This document shows, piece by piece, positions 1 through 12,240 of a stretch of 64,000 nt of DNA. Below the pieces are notes generated by a model. It saw only the letters and a list, made by a program, of their open reading frames with translations. It ran no database searches and was not told where the DNA came from. This DNA is from Octopus vulgaris (taxonomy: Eukaryota). The translations under genes were made by a program, and so were the position numbers. The stretch covers positions 177,444,001 through 177,508,000 of the forward strand of contig OX597816.1 in NCBI GenBank assembly GCA_951406725.2, given 5' to 3'. The number at the start of each line of letters is the position of its first letter. Position 1 is the stretch's first letter.

Positions 1-186
1 TTTTGTATGATTTGGCTTTTTTTCCGCTACATTCCGGTGTTAGTTTATGCACTTCACTGTTTTACTATACAACTGGTAATTTTTCTGACTGCATTTTTTA
101 AATATAATCTGTTCAGCACAGAATCACATAATTATTTTATTGCTGTGAGTGGTAGGAACAAGAGCTTATTTCCAGAGGAGATATAC

Positions 187-270
<84 letters not shown>

Positions 271-680
271 CAGGAGTGGCTGTGTGGTAAGTAGCTTGCT
301 AACCAACTACATGGTTCCGGGTTCAGTCCCGCTGCGTGGCATCTTGGGCAAGTGTCTTCTGCTATAGCCCCGGGCCGACCAATGCCTTGTGAGTGGATTT
401 GGTAGACGGAAACTGAAAGAAGCCCGTCGTATATATGTATATATATATATGTGTGTGTGTGTGTTTGCTTGTCTCTGTTTGTTCCCCTAGCATTGCTTGA
501 CAACCGATGCTGGTGTGTTTACGTCCCCATCACTTAGCGGTTCGGCATAAGAGACCGATAGAATAAGTACTGGGCTTACAAAGAATAAGTCCCGGGGTCG
601 ATTTGCTCGACTAAAGGTGGTGCTCCAGCATGGCCGCAGTCAAATGACTGAAACAAGTAAAAGAGTAAAGAGTAAAGAGT
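271..680 (+). mobile_element. tRNA-derived SINE, family A, near full length
   Basis: A-box-like TGGCTGTGTGG and B-box-like GGTTCAGTCCC; internal (TA)/(TG) tract; 3' stem-loop and (AAAGAGT)n tail; near-identical copies at 3802, 6547 and 14558. Confidence 0.9.
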
Positions 681-681
681 A

Positions 682-721
<40 letters not shown>

Positions 722-872
722 TTGTGTGTGTGTGAGTGTGTGTGTATATATGTGTGTATGTATATACGTGCGTGTGTGTGTGTGTGTGCGCGCGTACTTA
801 TTAATTTTAATATGTATTACCCTTGCATACACACAAATACACATTCACACATATTTGTGTGTATACATACGC

Positions 873-1031
873 ATAGGTGTGTCTGTGTAGAAAGAATTCA
901 CTTCCAAACCATATGGTTCCGGGTTCAGTCTCGTTATGTGGCAGCTTGGGCAAGTGTCTTCCACTATAGTCCCTGGCTGATGAAAGACTTGTGAGTGATC
1001 TTGGTAGGCGGAAACTGAAAGAAGCCCGTCG

Positions 1032-1067
<36 letters not shown>

Positions 1068-1216
1068 ATCAATGAGGGCTGACTGATCTAGTAATCTCAA
1101 GATTAATCGCCGAAATTACTACGATGATCCGGTTCTTGACTGAAGACTGAGGGTTTCGAATGTCCTGTCCGTGTTTATTGTATATATACGTTCTTGTCCA
1201 TGTTGTATTTTTCTAC

Positions 1217-1247
<31 letters not shown>

Positions 1248-1433
1248 GTACATACATGCATACAAACATATATATGTGTGTGTATGTGTGTGTGTTTATG
1301 TTTGCATTTTCTCCCACACCGGTGTTAGTTTGTTTACGCCCCCGCAGTTTATAAGTTCGCCAATGTGACTAATAGAATAAGTACCAGTACTTAAATATAA
1401 GTACTGAGATCGATTCGTTCGAGTAAAACTCTT
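873..1433 (+). mobile_element. Diverged SINE family A copy, interrupted in its internal TA tract by an unrelated ~155 bp segment (1067-1222)
   Basis: 5' half to ~1031 and 3' half from ~1285 align with family A; 3' end replaced by (GATA)n. Confidence 0.75.
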
Positions 1434-1434
1434 C

Positions 1435-1810
<376 letters not shown>

Positions 1811-2340
1811 CGTGTCAGCGTGTGTGATTATGTATATCATATATTCTATGCACAACAACATCTGAAAGATAATTTATAGTAAAGTACAACAGGTAAGACG
1901 TTGACTGTGAAACATAAACATGTAAATTCATTGTTATTCGCTTGGCATACAGAACAATAAAGACGATTGCTTTGAAATGTTTCTAGCAAATTGACAATTC
2001 ACCCGAAAGCATGCACTTCTCACTCATCAGCCCCACAAAAGAAATTGGGTTAATCACTATTTAAATCAAACACAAACCAGAAGTTGCCTGAAATGGCCAC
2101 TGAAATTACATAATGTACACTGGTCGGCGGCGAGATTAAATAAACAAAATATATTTTATGCATAACACAGCGTAAATTAGAAAAGATAAGATGTATTTAA
2201 TGTCGTTAAATTCGCAAGATGTATATGTTTCATAGCGAAGGTTTTAAAGACTAGATTTAGCTACTTAAGTTTATTTCAGATTTTCCGGTATACGACGTAT
2301 TGTGTATAAATTATCATTATTTATTATTTATGATCATGAT

Positions 2341-2715
2341 AAGGCTGACAGCTGGCAGAATTGTTAACCCGTCGTATTTTTAGCGGATTTTTTTCCGGCT
2401 CCACGTTTTGAGTTCAAATCCTGCCAAATTGATATTTGCTTTCATCCTCTCCAGGTCAATAAGTAAGTTGCAGTCGAATAATTGATAACTCCTATAATTG
2501 ATTAACTCCTCGCCTCAAAATTGCTAGCGGCTTTCCAAAATTTAAAAGAAAATTAAAGGCGAACAGCATCCAGGATCGTTTGCGAGTCAGACAAAATGCT
2601 TAGTATTCTGAGTTCAAATCCCTTCGAAAAGAACTTTGTATTTCATCCTTTCGAGGTCGAATCCACTAACACCATTCTCCATAAAATTGCTAACCTTGTG
2701 CCGAAATTTGAAATC
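2341..2715 (+). mobile_element. Two degenerate tandem copies of tRNA-derived SINE family B
   Basis: AGCTGGCAGAATTG head, GAGTTCAAATCC B box, TTTCATCCT core; homologous to 14339 and 19198. Confidence 0.6.
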
Positions 2716-3266
2716 ATATATTATAATGCTTCAAGATCAAAGGTTGGTGTTGTCAAGCTAGCCCCTTACTGAATCTCTTATGGCCATTCTAAATGCAGGA
2801 GACACTGATAAGAACGGCATGATTTAGAAAATTATGATAATATATTTGTATGAGAGCGGTTTGTCTCTCATCGTGATGGAAGAATTTAATGTTAAGATAT
2901 TTCGTGGATGCCAATGTTTGTTTGACGCATTCTGGGATATTGCAACGAAAGAGAGTTTGAGGTATACTGTTGAAGTAAAAGAATCTAAACTGGAAATGAA
3001 AGAGGTAATCGAAACTAGGTACAACGCACATGCTGGATCCGGGCAGGTTATCTTAATGAAACACGATGAAGAGAGATGTGGTGAGCAGAAATTCGCCAAA
3101 TTGAAAATGAAAAGAGTGTGACTAAATCAACTGAATCAGAATTCAATGAGATAGGAAATAGCGGAGCAAAGGAAGACATCGCGGTATTCGTTGTGTCATC
3201 ATTATGAAGGCTATTATTAATCCTTAACGGTATGATATATACCACGCAGTGTGGGTAAACCTGTAG

Positions 3267-3308
<42 letters not shown>

Positions 3309-3615
3309 ACATACACAAATGCATATATTCATGCATGTATGTGTATATATACAGATATAATATACACACACACACATATAAGAACAAAGAGATTAAAAAA
3401 TCCCGGTAGATATCAATAAATCAGTCTGTTTTAAACGAATTTAGTCAGGTATATCAAACAATCAGACGCCAATAAATGCAAGTAGAATACATATCCAAGG
3501 AAATTCCTCATGTATAACAAGTAGATCCAAATATCATTTACAAGAATTTCAAGAAATTCGGAGTATTAGACAACAAAAATACTAAAAGAGAAAGTCACAT
3601 CTTTCATTATTGAAT

Positions 3616-3714
3616 TCACGACGGTCGTTTGTGTTGTATCAACATATTTAGATGCAGAAAATATTCAAACTAATATATCTGAAAGTACATGTTAACACAA
3701 CGTTTTCAAGGCGA
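3616..3714 (-). ncRNA. Decayed type I hammerhead ribozyme motif with long stem II
   Basis: Minus strand: tcgc-CTTGAAAA-c-gttgtgttaacat...atgttgatacaac-a-CAAA-cgaccg-TC-gtga; 13-bp stem II and GUC site retained, core mutated. Confidence 0.45.
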
Positions 3715-3801
3715 TCCAGAATTATTTAAATTCGAAGTGAACTAAGAAAATATTTCGAGCACCACGCAAACGCATACAAAATAATGTTAAAAAGAAATAT
3801 A

Positions 3802-4208
3802 ATAGGCGCAGGAGTGGCTGTGTGGTAAGTAGCTTGCTTACCAACCACATGGTTCCGGGTTCAGTCCCACTGCGTGGTACCTTGGGCAAATGTCTTCTGC
3901 TATAGCCCCGGGCCGACCAATGCCTTGTGAGTGGATTTGGTAGACGGAAACTGAAAGAAGCCTGTCGTATATATGTATATATATGTGTGTATGTGTTTGT
4001 GTGTCTGTGTTTGTCCCCCCTAGCATTGCTTGACAACCGATGCTGGTGTGTTTATGTCCCCGTTACTTAGCGGTTCGGCAAAAGCGACCGATAGAATAAG
4101 TACTGGTCTTACAAAAGAATAAGTCCCGGGGTCGAGTTGCTCGATTAAAGGCGGTGCTCCAACATGGCCGCAGTCAAATGACTGAAACAAGTAAAAGAGT
4201 AAAAGAGT
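3802..4208 (+). mobile_element. SINE family A, full length
   Basis: ATAGGCGCAGGAGTGG start to (AAAAGAGT)n tail. Confidence 0.92.
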
Positions 4209-4721
4209 ATAATCTAAGAAAAGCTATTTTTGTATTTAACTCTTGGTGACGTTAGTGGATAATGAAAGCATAAAAGATAAACATATGAAACATGGAGGTT
4301 CTACGTCACGACAATTAGTTATCTATCAAATATACTAAATATTTTTAGAAAAATTATGCTTATTATATACCTAGATAACGTTCGGCCAGTATTGGGCTAG
4401 GTCATGTATAATTTAATAGTGCTACTTGGAAAAGACATTTAAAGGTGTTTCATCGACCCACGCTCCCTCTGCCAAAATTACTGGCTTTGTAGCAAAATTT
4501 GAACGTTTGAATACAAACAACATTTTTACATATAAAAAAAACAATTCACTTTTGAGAAAATAACTTAAGCTCCACGTAATTGTTTTATTGAAAACGTGAT
4601 TAAAGTATGTAAGTTATGATTGTAAGTTAAATCTTCAGGAATACCAGAATTATAAAACAAAAGTTTAAAATCTTGGAAACAAAATTAGGAAATATAGAGA
4701 TATAGTTTATAAAGGAATATG

Positions 4722-5039
<318 letters not shown>

Positions 5040-5101
5040 AATTTCCTCTATTTACATAATATTGAGGTCTCTTTCTTTCCTTTGTTATCTTACCGTTTTA
5101 T

Positions 5102-5150
<49 letters not shown>

Positions 5151-5307
5151 TACTTTATTTAAAAGCAGCAGAAAATTCAACAAAAGCTGTTTCACGTTCC
5201 CGTTCGTTTTGTTGAATTTTCTGCTGCTATTAAATAAAGCATATTACTCAACCACTGGTATTTGAGTAGTCTTTTTTCCACATTGTTTCACATTTATGTG
5301 TTTACTC

Positions 5308-5384
<77 letters not shown>

Positions 5385-5387
<3 letters not shown>

Positions 5388-5753
5388 ATAAAGAGTCAGT
5401 TGAATTAGGTACTTAAGTTGAAGGACCAAGTCAGTCCGGTATTATACGCATAGCTCGAAGTATGGAGAATAGAATCAAAATAAGCAACAGGATATCAAGT
5501 AGTAATGCAGTACTAGAAGAAATTGTAGTCTATTCTTAGCCACTTTGCTACAATAGCGACAACATGAATTTCTTCCATCTTCTTACTATGTCAAAATATT
5601 TAAGAAAAAATATATTAATGTGGCCTACTTGTTAAATTCTGTATTTTGTGCACTGCATTCAAATTGATGTAATGATTGCATTGTTCTATTAAATAGAGCC
5701 GCTTGAAACGGTCGTCCTGTATTACTACTTGATATCCTGTTGCTTATTTTGAT

Positions 5754-5755
<2 letters not shown>
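5385..5755. mobile_element. (TA)n-flanked element with an internal inverted repeat
   Basis: AATCAAAATAAGCAACAGGATATCAAGTAGTAAT (~5472) inverted at ~5720-5754; GAAACGGTCGTC (hammerhead 3' half) at ~5705. Confidence 0.6.
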
Positions 5756-5797
<42 letters not shown>

Positions 5798-6202
5798 AAG
5801 AGAGAGGGATAGGGATAATGTATCCAGGTGGGTACTGCTCAAGCACTCAGCTATAATCCTACCGCATCGAGTGGTAAGGAGCACCTAAGATTACTTGAGG
5901 TAGGCAATCCTCACTGTATTTCATCCAATGGATAAATCTTGGATTCGCTTCGCTGGATTATAAATAGTTTACCGAGTGTATATTTAAGACGATTACAATG
6001 AATACGGAGATTAATATGCAGATTTATCTACTTCCCTATTAATTTTCCCCTTTCCGACGAAGAGCCATGCTTAGCACACCACACCCACTTCTTTTCCCAT
6101 CGTAAACTGAGCGTCAACCTCATACATCCGCAGTGTTCCTCCTATTGACTTTTGTTGTTTTGTTTTTAGCTTTATTTTCGATTTGCCTATATAATCTCTT
6201 AC

Positions 6203-6468
6203 TTGTTTCAGGCTTTAGAGAACTGCCTAGAAGAATTTTTAGTCGAATGTATCGACCACAATACTTACTTTTTAAAACCTGATACTTATTCTATCAGTGT
6301 GTTTTGCCGAACCGCTAAGTTATGGGGACGTAAACACACCAGTATGGGGTATCATGCGGTGGTGGGAGATCAACACACACAAAGCTTTGGTCGATCCGAT
6401 GCTATAGTGGGACTGAACCCTGAACCATGTGCTTGGGAAAGGAGTTTTTTTCTACACAGCCACGCCTT
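6203..6468 (-). mobile_element. Degenerate, internally deleted SINE family A
   Basis: Blocks TTTTGCCGAACCGCTAAGT and GGGACTGAACCC match family A. Confidence 0.65.
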
Positions 6469-6546
6469 ATATGTACATGATTTCATGTGTTTGTGAGAAT
6501 ATATATTTTTCTTTTTATATCATTCAATAAATTTCATTTCCACTTC

Positions 6547-6960
6547 TACTCTTTACTCTTTTACTCTTTTACTTGTTTCAGCCATTTGACTGCGGCCATG
6601 CTGGAGCACCGCCTTTAGTCGAGCAAATCGACCCCGGGACTTATTCTTTTTTTGTAAGCCCAGTACTTATTCTATCGGTCTGTTTTTGCCGAACCGCTAA
6701 GTGACGGGGACGTAAACACACCAGCATCGGTTGTCAAGCAATGCTAGGGGGACAAACACAGACAAACACACACATACATATATATACATATATACGACGG
6801 GCTTCTTTCAGTTTCCGTCTACCAAATCCACTCACAAGGCTTTGGTCGGCCCGAGGCTATAGTAGAAGACACTTGCCCAAGGTGCCACGCAGTGGGACTG
6901 AACCCGGAACCATGTGGTTGGTTAGCAAGCTACTTACCACACAGCCACTCCTGCGCCTAT
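6547..6960 (-). mobile_element. SINE family A, full length
   Basis: Reverse complement of the 3802-4208 copy. Confidence 0.92.
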
Positions 6961-7080
6961 ATGAATATTTTTAATATTTTGTAAAACTTGTTCAGGATTC
7001 TCGTTTATCTAATAAATCTTTCAAGTGTATCTTTTCTAGGTTTATTACTTGGTATCTTGTAAATTCCATGATCATTAAAT

Positions 7081-7997
7081 GTATCTTTACCTGTTGACCG
7101 GCAGATTTAGAAAATAATTTTTTGTAACTAAACACTTTCAAATTTCGGACACTGGTAGAATGTGTCATATAAAATATATTTTACTCTTAGCGTTTTTGAG
7201 AAAAATTTATATTTACGAAGTTATTTCGCGTTAAAGTTGTCGTATTTCGCTAATTTCAACCAATCAATGACGTGTATTCAGCTGAATAAAATTATTGCCG
7301 TTGATTGTCAGCAACAACTATCGGTGGTGTATAATTAATTTGTCACTGATATTTATGACATCATTCGCGCGTTTGTACTGGTTTTAGCGTTAAGGTTTTA
7401 GGGTTAAGGTTTTAGGGTTAAGGTTAGGGTTTTAGAGTTAGGGTTAGGGTTTTAGGGCTAGGGTTTTAGGGTTAGGGTTTTAGAGTTAGGGTTTTAGAGT
7501 TAGGGTAGGGTTGGAGTTTTAGGGTTAGAGTTAAGAAAACAAATGAAAAATGAAGAAATTTGAGGGATAGGGGCAAAAAATGTCATTCCGAAAATAGTAG
7601 CTGAAAAACAGGAAAAAACTAAAAGCAGTAGAAATGCACGAACGATTATGGTGGTGCCATGAAGTAAACATGCTTCAGATACACTCGTTTATTCATACAA
7701 ACGTAACTGAGATGAAATATGTCATAAATAACAGTGACAAACGAAATATACACCACCGGAAGTTGTTGTTGACAAACAACAGCAGTAATTTTATTCAGCT
7801 GAATACACGTCATTGATTGGTTGAAATTACCGAAATACGACAACTTTGACACGAAATAACTTCGTAAATATAAATTTTTCTCAAAAACGCTAAGAGTAAA
7901 AGATGTTTTATATAACACATTCTCTCAGAATACGAATTTTGAAAGTATTTTGTAAATATAAATTTTTGTCGATCTGCTGTTCAAAGGGAAAAGATCC
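7081..7997. mobile_element. Merlin-like MITE with ~290-bp imperfect TIRs and internal telomere-like repeats
   Basis: 8-bp TSD CATTAAAT (7073-7080, 7998-8005); ends GTATCTTT...AAAGATCC; TTAGGG/TTTTAGGG array ~7385-7533. Confidence 0.85.
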
Positions 7998-8049
7998 CAT
8001 TAAATTTAAAGGATATAATTCTTAAAAGCGCAAAATCAATCCTAACTTC

Positions 8050-8824
8050 GGGTCTTTTCGGTTTGAACGGCCGTTTGTAACATAATTTCTAGGTAACTAA
8101 AAAGTTTTAAACTTCGTATACTGGTAGAATTGTGTTTATAAAACATCTATTTCTCTTGGCTTTATTGAGAAAATACTATAGTTTGTAACATATTTTGTCT
8201 TTAATTTCTTGCATTTCGGCAATTTTAACCAATCGATTACCTCCATTGACGTAAACAACATTCCATGCTGTATGAATATGTCCCTCGTTTAAGAAACAGA
8301 TTGGGTTTATTTACATTTGTTAAGAAAAAAAGATACCCTTCCCCTAACCCTAACCCTAACCCTAACTCTAACCCTAAATCTAAAATAGATTGAAATGCAA
8401 TAGATCGATACTAGGGCCATAATTATGGGTGAAAATCTCATATGACACCCATAATTATGGCCCTAGTATTGATCTATTGCATTTCAATCTATTTTAGATT
8501 TAGGGTTAGAGTTAGGGTTTGGGTTAGGGTTAGGGAAGGGTATCTTTTTTCTTAACAAATGTAAATAAACCCAATCTGTTTCTTAAACGAGGGACATATT
8601 CATACAGCACGGAATGTTGTTTACGTCAATGGAGGTAATCGATTGGTTAAAATTGCCGAAATGCAAGAAATTAAAGACAAAATATGTTACAAACTATAGT
8701 ATTTTCTCAATAAAGCCAAGAGAAATAGATGTTTTATAAACACATTCTACCAGTATACGAAGTTTAAAACTTTTTAGTTACCTAGAAATTATGTTACAAA
8801 CGGCCGTTCAAACCGAAAAGATCC
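8050..8824. mobile_element. Merlin-like fold-back MITE, near-perfect palindrome with a 14-nt loop
   Basis: 8-bp TSD CTAACTTC (8042-8049, 8825-8832); ends GGGTCTTTTC...GAAAAGATCC; (CCCTAA)n ~8341-8380 and (TTAGGG)n ~8498-8535. Confidence 0.9.
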
Positions 8825-10269
8825 CTAACTTCTCAGTTGTGGAAACTTTAATAAAATAATTAGATTGTTTCAAAGATGCCGAACTTTAAACCGAAATGAA
8901 CTTTTGCTATCAGAACACCGATTTAGCAAGAGGATGTATCTCTTTGATAGAGTGTACAGTGTTATTAAAATTTGTATTACCGTAATGCATACATTCATAG
9001 TATGTGTGTGTGTTTAGTGTGTGTGTGTGAGTGTGTGTGTGTGTATTTCAGTCAGTAAATCTTGAATGCTTGGTTCATATAAACATTTTCTTACAAATAA
9101 CCACAACTAAGAAAGCAATAAACTGTCAGTACGAGTCCCTAAAGTAACAAGCCCAAACTAATCCGCTATTTCAGTCTATCTAGCACAAAATCAATCCATT
9201 ACCTAGCCCCCTTTTAATACCCTTTAAGAGGGGAAAATGAAGGAAGACACCAGGATTTAAATAAGGAGCTTTATTCTTTGTATACTGACTTAACACTTTA
9301 ATATACAATTAATAACTCTACTTTATCAAGATTATATCATTCTTGAAATGGTTGCCTCCCACTCCGTTAATTGCCGGATTATGAAAAACATTCCGGGAAA
9401 ATTTCCTGTATAAAGTTCTTGCATATTTCTTTGGGAAAGTACTAGACAGTAATAAGGTCACCCATTAAGTAAAGAAATGCTGAGAAAAATATATTTCATA
9501 ACGTGAGATATATGCGAAAAATATAAATTAGATGAATACAAAACTTAATAAATGATGATTGAGAGGAGAATTTTTTCTATGTAAAACATTAAGAAGTGAG
9601 TAGTTTGTCTACATTTTAAAAAGCAGTACAACTCTGTCTGCAATATAAAATAACTGCGTAGATTAATTATAGAAACAGTTGCAACGGTTTCGAATAACCG
9701 GTTGCATAAGTATGACAAACGAAGTTACATTTTAATGATATTATATAAGTACTAAGAAAAATTATATGTATTTCTTAAAAAAATTACTTTTCCTTTAGCT
9801 GACACAGGTTCTGTTTGATGAGGGCGGAACCAACTAACGCAACCCACTAACGCAGTAGGTTATTTTAACTGAATAATTAGCTCACTGCTAAATCGCCTAT
9901 CTTACTATATTATCTTCGTCATCAAGCTGGAGATATACTGTAAAGGAAAACGTTTCAAAAAGATTATAGTCTGAATTACAAATATCAGCACGTATACATT
10001 ACTGATAAATACTTTACATTTTGTTATTTACAATCGTATTAAACCATGAATAATTTAACCTTATCTCGAGTACAGTTTCTGCAAACAACGAATAATTTCG
10101 TTTGGAACGCAACAAACATATCAAATGATTCTTTATATGCTTATATTTTATATTTTATTTAGAATTTGGTATCTACACAGAATGTTTGAGTGATCAACAG
10201 ATTATCGTTATCCGAACGAAAAGTTTAATCGGCATTCTATATTATATTAATCTACTACGCTATAACTTA

Positions 10270-12240
10270 GATGTCTTGCAAACAACTTGCACATGCAAGT
10301 GCTACCAGTCTCCGTATACCGGAAGCTAGCAAGTGTATGGGGTCATCAGGAGAGAATGCGCGCCGTTTCGGGGCCTACCTCTCGACGGAATCAATGCTCA
10401 CCGGCCCCCCTCACTGATATGAGGCCCCGCTTGCTAGATCAGCTGGTTATAAAATTTAGCTCAATATCCTTCTATCCATCGCTCATCGTCTCTTTTTAAC
10501 CAAATCCAGTGGCTAGCCTTCTCCACTGTAGATTGGATATCGGTCATGGTGGTATTGACTTTACGATGAGTTAGGCCTAGCGATAACAACAGTCGTCTCA
10601 CACTGTGTCCAACGAACCCTCTACATCCGACTTCGATTGGAAAATGTTCCGCTTTCCAGCCTGCGTCTTCACATTCCTCGAGGAGGTTTACATAACGGTT
10701 AAATTTTCGAGCCCGAGCGGCGTCCATATTATCTTCATGAGGAACCGTTAACTCGACTATATTTACAACTTTCTTTCTTTCACACCACATCAAAATATCT
10801 GGTTTTTTTCGTAATTGGGATGGGAAAGAAAACCAGTTGTAAACCTCATTTCGAAACTGTCATAGTACATCCTCATTACTTTGATCACTTTGTCTGGAAT
10901 GTGGAAGTGGTCCATGGCTCTCATTAGTAATTCGTGTGGCACTGAATCATACGCGTTAGCTAGGTCCAGCCACACCACGTTCAGACTTTTCTTGTTCTGT
11001 TTGGTGTCCTGGATCGCTTTCCAAATCGAAAAATAGTGTTCAACGCATCCAGGGATTCCAGGGATTCCGGCCTTTTGAACAGATTCATCAACATATCCGT
11101 TATTCTGTAAATATGTCACTGTTCTCCTCGACAGAATTCCCATAAAGATCTTGCCTTTCACATTCAATAAGGATATTGGCCTAAACTGTTTAATGGTCTT
11201 TGCATTGGCCTCTTTCGGCAGGTATATACCTTCTGCCTGACACCAATCCTCTACTATAGTCTCCTCGCGCCACAGTTGTCGGAGTAGGACAAAGAGCTTC
11301 TTTCGCAGACGATTGCAATAGTTGTAGACTTTATATGAGACGCCATCACCTCCTGAGGCACTCTTTGCTCTAGCTTTTCTTACGAAGTCATTCACCTCTC
11401 TCTCCCTGATGTCCCCAATCTGGAATTCGATATCAGGTCCTGAGAGATGACTTAGCCCATGTAGAGGTGGCAGTGGCTGGTTACGGAGAGAATCGCTGTA
11501 GGTTTCCTTGATATGAGCATCCAATTCTTCTTTTGTGCACGATAAAGAACCACTCTTCGGTTCATTGAACAGCTTCTTAATAAACCCGTACGGGTCCTTC
11601 AGAAACTGCCTCCGAGTCCTTTTACTCTCCTTTCGACGCTCATATCGGCAGATATGTCGTTGCACATAACGACATTTCCTCTTCAAATCGTTATACAGCA
11701 GCGCAAGGCCAGGTTTCTCATCTAGTGTAGCACATCTCCATCGCTTTCTTAGGTTGGTCTTTTGCTTCCTCAACTGCTGCAATTTCCTGATCCTCCTGCT
11801 TGGTCCACACTTTCCTTTCTCTAGTCGGATATTCTCTTTTACTCCAAATAAATATTTTCCTATATCGTATATTGAGCTTGATAATTTACCCAGTTTCTCC
11901 ACTGTAGAGCCTGTCATTTTATAAAGAGCCCGACAAACCTTGTTTTCAAACTCTTTATATTTCCCTTTCTCATTAGCAGCAGGCCACAAAACCCTCGGTT
12001 TCCTCTGAGTATTATCCGATGCACCAGTTTCATGACTTGTAGTTTCATCACGTGAAGGTCTCTGCAGTAGCATTTATCGATCCGCTGTGGTTTGAGTCCG
12101 GGGATGATTTGCCACGTGTTTTACGATCTGATGATCCACACTGCTCTGTCCTCTTCTCACAAGTCTTTCCCTGATGTATCTTCAAGCCCATCACAGTTGC
12201 AAAGGTTCTATAGCACTGCTTGCATCCAAAGTTGTTTGCA
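10270..12240 (-). mobile_element. HERO-like RLE-type non-LTR retrotransposon, internally deleted
   Basis: N-terminal zinc finger CKQCYRTFATVMGLKIHQGKTC (~12170-12230); RT motifs RPISLLN, QKAG, WLDLANAY (10790-12073); RLE motifs KPD..ELTVP..PIEVGCRGF (10461-10810); RT C-half missing. Confidence 0.85.

Noticed and set aside
271-340. tRNA gene
   Set aside because: Only A/B-box-like motifs without a full cloverleaf; it is the SINE head
2834-3121. 95-aa ORF with protein-like composition
   Set aside because: No recognisable motif or clear splice signals; cannot be supported without a search
7385-7533. True telomere or chromosome fusion site
   Set aside because: Short, degenerate and enclosed in a TIR element with a TSD; the head-to-head blocks at 8341-8535 are explained by the fold-back
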